From Prevotellaceae bacterium (lineage in GTDB: Bacteria; Bacteroidota; Bacteroidia; Bacteroidales; Bacteroidaceae), in assembly GCA_021204865.1 (NCBI GenBank), contig JAJPYQ010000046.1:257-64256 (forward strand): a DNA stretch of 64,000 bases, in the 5' to 3' direction. Below the pieces are notes generated by a model, which saw only the letters and a program-made list of their open reading frames with translations, did not search any database and had not been told where the DNA came from. The position numbers and the translations under genes are program-made. Below, piece after piece: positions 46,943 through 54,008 of the stretch (positions are counted from its first letter, which is position 1; every line of letters begins with the position of its first letter).

Positions 46943-47728
46943 TCACATAGGTATGGTACCGCCGCTTTTTGTTGGCGTTTGTCCGTCCATCCCTATTGTT
47001 CCGTCCGACGACCCGCCTTTTCTGTTAGGTGTCCATCCGGCTGTGTTGCCAGTGAACGGATCGAAGCCCCCAGGGCGGGTTGACCTATCTGAAAACGATG
47101 GAGGCATGTTGTCTTCTATCTCTTCCTCGGGCTCTGGCTCGTTGGTTGGTATGAACTCTTTGCTTGTTGACAGCCCGCTTGCCGCTGCGTCAATCAGCAG
47201 GAACAAGAGCTTGTAGTTGTTGCCTATAGTTATGACATCTCCGTTGTGGCACTCTTCTGCCTCGAAGTCTATCATTTCGCCGTTCAGCATTGTGCCGTTG
47301 GTGGACTCGGTGTCTTTAATGGCGGCAATGATACCGTTTTTGCCTTGTCGAGTGATGATGACGGCATGGTTGTTGGACACTGTGCCTTCTGCCAACACTA
47401 TATCAGAGCTTCCTGACTGCCCGATGGTGTTCTTCCCCATCTGGATGGGCCAATATTCACCCACTGGAGTGCGGGAGATGGAGTAGAGAAAGCCAACGAT
47501 AGGCTTACCTGACCGTATGGGTCTTTGTTGTCTTGTCTGGGAAGGGGCTGCCTCTGCAACATTGCCGGATGGAGTGTATGGCGCTTCGCCCATACCTGGC
47601 ACAACGGTGCCACGTGCGGCTGAGCTGGTGCCTCGTGAGTAGAAGTTCTGACCTACGCCTCTTTGCGCTCTTCCGTTATTGTTATCCTCTGGCTCTAAGC
47701 CCTGGACAACAGTTTTCTTTTGTGACAT
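46943..47728 (-). CDS. soluble FHA-domain protein (FHA-4), first gene of the cluster
   Basis: The central region is FHA-like: PIVGFLYSISRTPVGEYWPIQMGKNTIGQSGSSDIVLAEGTVSNNHAVIITRQ...STNGTMLNGEMI...GDVITIGN. The flanks are Gly/Pro/Ser-rich with no TM helix. Confidence 0.7.
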   Translation of the reverse strand: MSQKKTVVQGLEPEDNNNGRAQRGVGQNFYSRGTSSAARGTVVPGMGEAPYTPSGNVAEAAPSQTRQQRPIRSGKPIVGFLYSISRTPVGEYWPIQMGKNTIGQSGSSDIVLAEGTVSNNHAVIITRQGKNGIIAAIKDTESTNGTMLNGEMIDFEAEECHNGDVITIGNNYKLLFLLIDAAASGLSTSKEFIPTNEPEPEEEIEDNMPPSFSDRSTRPGGFDPFTGNTAGWTPNRKGGSSDGTIGMDGQTPTKSGGTIPM

Positions 47729-48447
47729 AGTAGTTATATTTATGGTTAGCTGTTTGCATCAAAGTGTTCTGTGTAATGCGATATGAAAACTTAATACGGT
47801 ATACTGATTGTAGTGTACAGATTAAGTTTGTGCAAAGGGTCAATCCCAGCGCACTTGAGAAGCGCTTTCCCCAAGCCTGAAGGTTGCCCGAACAAATCGT
47901 GTCTTCAGTGGCACTTTGCCTGGCTTTTGTGATCTGTATCACATTCATATCTGTATGACTAAACATCATTCTTAGTTGAACTCAGTTTTAGGCATAAAAA
48001 AGCGTGAGAGTGACTTGTTGTCCATCCCACGAACCGAGGCTCTAGCAATCGCCCATTATTGTTGAACAGACAACGTCAGAGCCCACGCCGATATGAATTA
48101 AATTCTACCTTAAGAGTCCTGAATAAAAAACAACCTTGCATCATATAAGGACACAACCTGCCTTTATTAACAGGACTCCTCGGGCGAAACATCACACCCG
48201 GAACATCTACCGTTGCGAAGTTCGAGACAACAACTACCGTAATTTGCTAGATTCCGGTTCGTCAAGAACACAGCGCCACGTAAACGCCTTCAATATGTCG
48301 TGGACTGTAGTCCCGCCCAAAACCCGCTTCACATACATTGTCACCTGACGGCAACGCTGTTATGTTTAGCTCGGCGTAGGTCACCAACCCTCATCATAAA
48401 AGAACTCGTCAATTGGCGATTCGGGTTATGGTGTTACAGTCCGAATG

Positions 48448-48455
48448 CAAAGTTA
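48448..48455 (-). promoter_or_regulatory. -7 box-like TAACTTTG on the minus strand inside the ORF-free region
   Basis: The reverse complement of caaagtta is TAACTTTG. It lies about 720 nt upstream of the first cluster gene, so it would give a very long leader or a separate RNA. Confidence 0.3.
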
Positions 48456-48551
48456 TATGCTTTTTTCCATTGTGCAAGCAAAATCGGAAAATATTTTTTA
48501 TTTCATTCGTCCCCCTTCTTTAAAACAACTATACGCATATTGACTATAGTG

Positions 48552-48559
48552 CAAAGGTA
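48552..48559 (-). promoter_or_regulatory. -7 box-like TACCTTTG on the minus strand inside the ORF-free region
   Basis: The reverse complement of caaaggta is TACCTTTG. No ORF of 60 aa or more follows it on the minus strand. Confidence 0.3.
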
Positions 48560-48668
48560 GATATTGGGCTTAAAGCGTCGTCTTCAGTTCAGGCGGCATT
48601 TATATTTAGCTATGATATATGGTGTCTCTTTGCCTTGTGCAAAAGACATAAGATTAGCGTTATTTGCG

Positions 48669-48676
48669 TACCTTTG
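48669..48676 (+). promoter_or_regulatory. -7 box TACCTTTG for the dehydrogenase gene
   Basis: Exact match 19 nt upstream of the ATG at 48695. Confidence 0.5.
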
Positions 48677-48694
48677 CGGTAGAAAGATTGAGCT

Positions 48695-49792
48695 ATGAAG
48701 ATAGTGGTTTTGGACGGGTATACTGTAAGTCACGGAGACATCTCTTGGGAGGGGTGGACGAATAGCGTAGAAACAGCGTACAACGAGCGTATAACGAGCG
48801 TACAACGCTCGTGCAAGCGAGAGCAAACGAACTCGTTCGATTTGCCGAGCGCAGCCGAGCCTCGCCGCAGGCAACTGACTTATTACGAAAGGACGCCCGA
48901 CGAGCTGGTTTTGGAGAGGCTTCGGGACGCTGAGATATGCATAACGAACAAAGTGCGGATGACACGCAAGACGATAAGCCAGTTGCCGAGGCTTCGTTAC
49001 ATCGGGGTGCTGGCGACGGGCTACGATGTGGTGGACGTGGAGGCGGCGAGCGAGAGGGGGATTGTGGTGACGAATGTGCCTGCCTACAGCACGATGTCCG
49101 TGGCTCAGATGGTGTTCGCCCATTTGCTTAACGTTTCGAACAGGGTGGCAATGCACGCTGACTCCGTGAAGCGGGGCGGATGGGAAACGGCGGAGGATTT
49201 CTGCTACTCGCTGTGCACTCTGCAGGAGCTTGACGGACTTTCGTTTGGCATCGTGGGCTTGGGCAACATCGGCAAGGCGGTCAGTCGTGTGGCTCAGGCG
49301 TTGGGGATGAGGGTACTTGCCTATAGCGCAAAAGACGAGAGCCAGTTGAGGGAGATGAACATAGAGAAAGCCGCCTCCGTTGACGACCTCTTCCAGAGAG
49401 CCGACGTTATAAGTCTGCACTGCCCTCTCACAGCTTCCACCCATCATCTCGTGAATGCCGAGAGGCTTAAATTGGTGAAATCCACTGCAATCCTTATAAA
49501 CACGGCACGAGGCGGACTGGTGGACGGAGAGGCGCTTGCCCAAGCCCTGAATGAAGACAGGCTGCGTGCCGCCTGCCTCGACGTGCTGGAGCAAGAGCCG
49601 CCGCAGCACGATAATCCTTTAATCAGGGCAAAGAATTGTCACATCACCCCACATATAGCCTGGGCCACTCAGGAGGCGAGGCGAAGGCTTATGGGAGTGG
49701 CGCTGGAGAATGTGCGGGCTTTCCTCAGGGGAGAACGGCAGAATTGCGTGAACAAAGACAAATTATGTGCAGTACCTTCGGCACTATTCTGA
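48695..49792 (+). CDS. D-isomer-specific 2-hydroxyacid (glycerate-type) dehydrogenase with an apparent N-terminal insertion
   Basis: MKIVVLDGYT..., NAD site GIVGLGNIGKAV, NTARGGLVD, TPHIAWAT. Residues about 22-60 (TNSVETAYNERITSVQRSCKREQTNSFDLPSAAEPRRRQ) look extra relative to my recollection of this family. Confidence 0.85.
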   Translation: MKIVVLDGYTVSHGDISWEGWTNSVETAYNERITSVQRSCKREQTNSFDLPSAAEPRRRQLTYYERTPDELVLERLRDAEICITNKVRMTRKTISQLPRLRYIGVLATGYDVVDVEAASERGIVVTNVPAYSTMSVAQMVFAHLLNVSNRVAMHADSVKRGGWETAEDFCYSLCTLQELDGLSFGIVGLGNIGKAVSRVAQALGMRVLAYSAKDESQLREMNIEKAASVDDLFQRADVISLHCPLTASTHHLVNAERLKLVKSTAILINTARGGLVDGEALAQALNEDRLRAACLDVLEQEPPQHDNPLIRAKNCHITPHIAWATQEARRRLMGVALENVRAFLRGERQNCVNKDKLCAVPSALF

Positions 49793-49898
49793 CTAACGTC
49801 CGATACCGGGGGTGTCGCCTACGGCTCGACCCCCGGCTACCAAGTGAAGCCCCTTTGGTGCTTGCCTTGGCCGCCCAAACCGAGAATGACGAGACGAT

Positions 49899-50606
49899 AT
49901 GAAGCGATACCATAATATATTTATAGACCTCGACGATACGATTTACGATACACGTGGCAATGCGGACATGGCACTGAGGCAGCTCTACGACCATTTCCAG
50001 CTTGGCCGCTACTTCACGAGCTTCGAGGCGTTCCACGAGCCTTACTGGCTCACCAACATAATGCTCTGGGCGGACTATGCGCAAGGGCGAATAACGAGAG
50101 ACTATCTCATAATGGAGCGGTTCCGCCGCCCCTTGTCGGAGGGGAAAGGCTTGGAGGTGACGCCTGAGCTCTGCCTGAGCGTGAGCGCCTTCTTCCTCGA
50201 TGCCTGCTCCAACCTCAGTGATGTTGTGGAGGATGCCCACGAGGTGCTGGCGTATCTCAAGGAGAAAGGCTACCGCCTGCACCTGTGCACCAACGGCTTT
50301 CACGAGGTGCAATATAAGAAGATGAAGGCATCGGGGCTGGATGTTTACTTCGACAAAGTGATACTGAGCGAGGACGCGGGGGCGAACAAACCGTCGGCTG
50401 ACTTCTTCGAGTACGCCTTGAGGGAGACGGGGGCGGACAGGGAGACGACGCTGATGATAGGAGACAACTTCATCACCGACATTGAGGGAGCGAAGGGAGT
50501 GGGCATTGATGTGATGTTCTTCAACCGACGCCCGAGCGAGTTCTCCGCCCCAAGTCCAGTGAACTACGAGATACACGCCCTCAGAGAGATAAGGAATATC
50601 CTATGA
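49899..50606 (+). CDS. HAD-superfamily hydrolase (YjjG-like nucleotidase type)
   Basis: Motif I IFIDLDDTIYDT, a later TNG motif, and GDNFITDIEGAKGVG (motif IV region). Confidence 0.8.
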   Translation: MKRYHNIFIDLDDTIYDTRGNADMALRQLYDHFQLGRYFTSFEAFHEPYWLTNIMLWADYAQGRITRDYLIMERFRRPLSEGKGLEVTPELCLSVSAFFLDACSNLSDVVEDAHEVLAYLKEKGYRLHLCTNGFHEVQYKKMKASGLDVYFDKVILSEDAGANKPSADFFEYALRETGADRETTLMIGDNFITDIEGAKGVGIDVMFFNRRPSEFSAPSPVNYEIHALREIRNIL

Positions 50607-51250
50607 GGGCGGCCATCTTCGCGTTGCTTCTATGCTTGCGGATGCCCCTCGGGCTGCGGGCTCAGGACACTTGTTTCGTAAGTCTTCCCGTTACGGACAG
50701 CATATTCCAGAGGATGCAGGGCAAGAGTTTCCCGACGGGCTGCACAGTGTCCCGTTCGGAGCTTCGCTATCTGCTTCTTTCCTATCGTGACGCGGACGGG
50801 GAGACGAGGCAGGGCGAGATGGTTTGCAACAAAGCCATTGCGGCAGACCTTGTGGACATATTCCGAGAGCTGTGGCTTGGCGGCTATCGCATTGAGCGTA
50901 TGAGTCTTGTGGACGACTACGGGGCGGACGATCAACGCTCGATGGCTGCGAACAACACGTCGTGCTTCAACTTCCGATACGTCTCAGGCACGCATACCGT
51001 ATCGAAACACGGCAGGGGGATGGCGGTGGACGTAAATCCGTTGTATAATCCGTACGTATACACGAGAGGCGGAAAGAGTGGGGTAGAGCCGCAGGAGGGC
51101 AGCCCTTACGCCACGAATAGGGAGAGCCGCAGCGACATACCTTATAAGATTGACCACAACGACCTATGTTACAAGCTGTTCCGCTCGCGCGGTTTCCGCT
51201 GGGGAGGTGACTGGGCTCACAGCAAGGACTATCAGCATTTTGAGAAATGA
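50603..51250 (+). CDS. M15-family D-Ala-D-Ala peptidase-like protein
   Basis: Signal peptide, SKHGRGMAVDV and WGGDWAHSKDYQHFE (H-x-D...H zinc ligand pattern). A 4-nt ATGA overlap joins it to the upstream gene. Confidence 0.75.
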   Translation: MRAAIFALLLCLRMPLGLRAQDTCFVSLPVTDSIFQRMQGKSFPTGCTVSRSELRYLLLSYRDADGETRQGEMVCNKAIAADLVDIFRELWLGGYRIERMSLVDDYGADDQRSMAANNTSCFNFRYVSGTHTVSKHGRGMAVDVNPLYNPYVYTRGGKSGVEPQEGSPYATNRESRSDIPYKIDHNDLCYKLFRSRGFRWGGDWAHSKDYQHFEK

Positions 51251-51490
51251 GGTTGAGGAAGATGGGTGGGAGACAGGTTGATAATGGGTTGTGTTCGCGG
51301 AGAATAGAGAGTACCTTCGGCACTCAATTGGGGCGTTGCCCCAAACCGTGCGCTGCAGCCCACGGCTATCATAGTATAGCCCCTTCGTGGCAATTCGTGG
51401 CAAATATGGGTTGTACCTTCGGCACAAACAAGGCTTGCGCCTTGTTCCGGGGGTGTCGCTTCGCTCGCCCGCGCCGTCTATTCGGAAAAA

Positions 51491-51634
51491 CCGCGGCATC
51501 TTTTCCCGAAAACCGCGCCGACTTTTTCTCTCGACCGCGCATTCTTTTGCTCCAAAACCCCCGAAGTTTTTCTCTCGACTGCGCATTCTTTTTCTCTCGA
51601 CCGCACCGACTTTTTCTCCCGACCGCCCGAGACG
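51491..51634. repeat. degenerate tandem array of about 22 bp, about 6.5 units (family C)
   Basis: Units start at 51491, 51513, 51535, 51558, 51579, 51601 and 51623. Two alternating subtypes: CCGCGCCGACTTTTTCTCTCGA and CYGCGCATTCTTTTTCTCTCGA. Confidence 0.75.
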
Positions 51635-51768
51635 AATCAACCAACCGCACGGGACGTATCTTACATTTTGCAAGCTATTACCCCTGCCTTCCGTGACAAA
51701 TTCACGTTAAAAAGCGTGTTTTTAGATAAAAAAGTAAAGTGAAACAGCTTAATATTGAAACTAAAGTT

Positions 51769-51776
51769 ATAACTTT
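51769..51776 (+). promoter_or_regulatory. -7 box TAACTTTG upstream of dapF
   Basis: Exact match, but only 5 nt separate it from the ATG at 51782. See the finding on the dapF start. Confidence 0.4.
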
Positions 51777-51781
51777 GCGCT

Positions 51782-52675
51782 ATGAAAACTAACAGAGACA
51801 CTGTGACGACTTCGCAGATCCGTTTCACAAAGATGCACGGGGCAGGCAATGACTACATCTATGTCTACACGCCCGACTGCGACATTCCCGACCCCTCGAC
51901 GGCAAGCGTCGTCTGGAGCAGGCAGCACTTCAGCATAGGGGCTGACGGGCTCATCCTCATCGGCAAGAGCGACAAGGCGGACGCTGACTTCACTATGCGC
52001 ATCTTCAACAACGACGGTTCGGAGGCTATGATGTGCGGCAACGGGGTGCGCTGCGTGGGAAAGTATGTCTATGACCATAAGCTTACGGACAAGACCACCG
52101 TGGCCATCGACACTCTGAGCGGGATAAAGGTGATAGAGCTGCACGTCGGGGAGGACGGAACGGTTGAGACGGCAACCGTCGACATGGGAGAGCCTATCCT
52201 CTGCGACAAAGGCCAGTGCGCCACCGAGGACGGCTCGATGAAGATGTATCACCTAAAAGGCTACGAGGCGACATTCGTCTCGATGGGCAACCCACACTGC
52301 GTAATATTCGTGGACGACGTTATGGAGGTGGAGGTGTCACACATAGGCAGAAGGCTGGAGCGCCACCCGCTATTCCCTGAGCGCTGCAACATAGAGTTCG
52401 CCACATTGCTGGAGGACGGCTCGATACGTATGCGGGTGTGGGAGCGCGGGAGCGGCATAACGATGGCTTGCGGCACGGGAGCTTGTGCCACAGCCGTAGC
52501 GGCTTGCCTCTGCGGACTTAGGGGCAGGGAGAGCGACATTGTTATGGACGGCGGCACTCTGCACGTGGAATGGAGGGAGAGTGACGGGCACGTCTACATG
52601 ACCGGACCTGCGGAGACAGCCTTCGAGGGTACAGTATCACTACCAGAAGCTACATTAAACAACCAACAACAATAG
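51782..52675 (+). CDS. dapF: diaminopimelate epimerase
   Basis: [33 protein letters not shown] and ACGTGACA (both catalytic Cys contexts). The 5' end is uncertain; GTG at 51803 is a possible alternative start. Confidence 0.9.
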   Translation: MKTNRDTVTTSQIRFTKMHGAGNDYIYVYTPDCDIPDPSTASVVWSRQHFSIGADGLILIGKSDKADADFTMRIFNNDGSEAMMCGNGVRCVGKYVYDHKLTDKTTVAIDTLSGIKVIELHVGEDGTVETATVDMGEPILCDKGQCATEDGSMKMYHLKGYEATFVSMGNPHCVIFVDDVMEVEVSHIGRRLERHPLFPERCNIEFATLLEDGSIRMRVWERGSGITMACGTGACATAVAACLCGLRGRESDIVMDGGTLHVEWRESDGHVYMTGPAETAFEGTVSLPEATLNNQQQ

Positions 52676-52681
52676 AGAGAA

Positions 52682-53914
52682 ATGGCATTTGTAAACGAGA
52701 ACTTCCTGAAACTGCCCGTCAGCTATCTCTTCACAGACATAGCGCGCAAGGTGGCAGCTTTCCAAAAGGAGAACCCCACAGCGCAGGTGATCCGCCTCGG
52801 CATTGGGGATGTGACGCAGCCTCTCGCCCCAGCGGTGATTGAGGCATTGCATAAGGCTGTCGACGAGATGGCGAAGAAAGAGACATTCCGCGGCTACGGG
52901 CCTGAGCACGGCTACGCCTTCTTGCAGCAGGCAATCATAGAGAACGACTTCCTGCCACGTGGCATCGAGCTGGAGATGGACGAGGTGTTCGTGAATGACG
53001 GAGCGAAGAGCGACACGGGCAATATAGGCGACATCCTCGGCTTGCAGAACACCCTCTGCATGACCGACCCGATATACCCCGTCTACGTGGACAGCAACGC
53101 CATGTGCGGGCGTGCGGGAGACCTGAGGGACGGAGCGTGGAGTCGCATACTCTACCGCCCCTGCAACGCTGAGAACGGCTTCGTGCCCGCCCTTCCTGAG
53201 CAGGCGGTGGACATTATATACCTCTGCTACCCGAACAACCCGACTGGCACGGTCATTACACGGGAGCAGCTTAAGGCGTGGGTTGACTACGCTCTCGCCA
53301 ACGGCAGTATAATAATGTACGACGCAGCCTACGAGGCGTACATCCAGGAGGAAGGCATACCCCACAGCATTTACGAGATAGAGGGGGCGAAGCGTTGCGC
53401 CATAGAGTTCCACAGCTATTCCAAGACGGCAGGCTTCACGGGCGTGCGTTGTGGCTATACCATTGTGCCGCTTGAGCTTGAGGCGACCACAGCCTCGGGC
53501 GAGCGTGTCGCCCTCAATCCCCTTTGGAACAGGCGGCAATGCACCAAGTTCAACGGCACGAGTTACATCCAGCACCGTGCGGCTGAGGCAATCTACACGC
53601 CAGAGGGCAAGCGGCAGGTGCGGGAGACTATACAATATTATATGGGTAACGCCAAGATAATGCGTGAGGCACTCACGGCGGCAGGCATGCGAGTGTTCGG
53701 GGGAGTTAACGCCCCGTATATATGGTTGCAGACCCCTGACGGCTTGACCTCGTGGCAGTTCTTCGAGCAGTTGCTCAGCGGTCCTCACATAGTAGGCACG
53801 CCGGGCGTTGGCTTCGGCCCGTCGGGAGAGGGATACTTCCGCCTCACTGCCTTCGGAGACCGTGGCGATTGCGAGCGAGCAATGGAGCGGCTTACCAAGT
53901 GGCTCGGCAAGTGA
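52682..53914 (+). CDS. dapL: LL-diaminopimelate aminotransferase
   Basis: MAFVNENFLKLPVSYLFTDIARKV...IRLGIGDVTQPL and the YSKTAGFTGVRCGY PLP-lysine context. Adjacent to dapF. Confidence 0.9.
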   Translation: MAFVNENFLKLPVSYLFTDIARKVAAFQKENPTAQVIRLGIGDVTQPLAPAVIEALHKAVDEMAKKETFRGYGPEHGYAFLQQAIIENDFLPRGIELEMDEVFVNDGAKSDTGNIGDILGLQNTLCMTDPIYPVYVDSNAMCGRAGDLRDGAWSRILYRPCNAENGFVPALPEQAVDIIYLCYPNNPTGTVITREQLKAWVDYALANGSIIMYDAAYEAYIQEEGIPHSIYEIEGAKRCAIEFHSYSKTAGFTGVRCGYTIVPLELEATTASGERVALNPLWNRRQCTKFNGTSYIQHRAAEAIYTPEGKRQVRETIQYYMGNAKIMREALTAAGMRVFGGVNAPYIWLQTPDGLTSWQFFEQLLSGPHIVGTPGVGFGPSGEGYFRLTAFGDRGDCERAMERLTKWLGK

Positions 53915-54008
53915 GGGCGCGGGCGCAGGGCGTGAGACACGATGACGAACAGAGATTATAGGTAACATATTAAGGTAAAACTCATTATTAACAAACACAT
54001 TAGGTATT

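Noticed and set aside
33780-47728. Explaining the FHA/STK/PP2C cluster as a T6SS threonine-phosphorylation module or as the actinobacterial-type division/cell-wall cluster.
   Set aside because: There are no Tss/Hcp/VgrG-like genes and no RodA/FtsW or PBP genes in or next to the cluster. The non-signalling genes are instead a protease fusion, a WG-repeat protein, a small barrel and lipoprotein or secreted proteins.
47729-48694. tmRNA, RNase P RNA, SRP RNA or cobalamin riboswitch in the ORF-free region.
   Set aside because: I looked on both strands for four signatures: the GGGG...CCACCA acceptor with a T-arm GGTTCGA, an ...ALAA tag ORF, the RNase P GAGGAAAGTCCGG and ACAGAACCCGGCTTA boxes, and a GCCACTG B12 box. 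Only a 10-nt GTCCACGACA coincidence with RNase P was found, in the wrong context.
48584-49609. 341-aa minus-strand ORF opposite the dehydrogenase gene. The same pattern applies to 49725-50576, 52655-54139, 54021-54863, 57642-58364, 58581-59498 and 61493-62731.
   Set aside because: All are antisense to genes with clear family motifs and have Arg/Gly/Val/His-rich composition. They appear only in the GC-rich flanks, so they are shadow ORFs.
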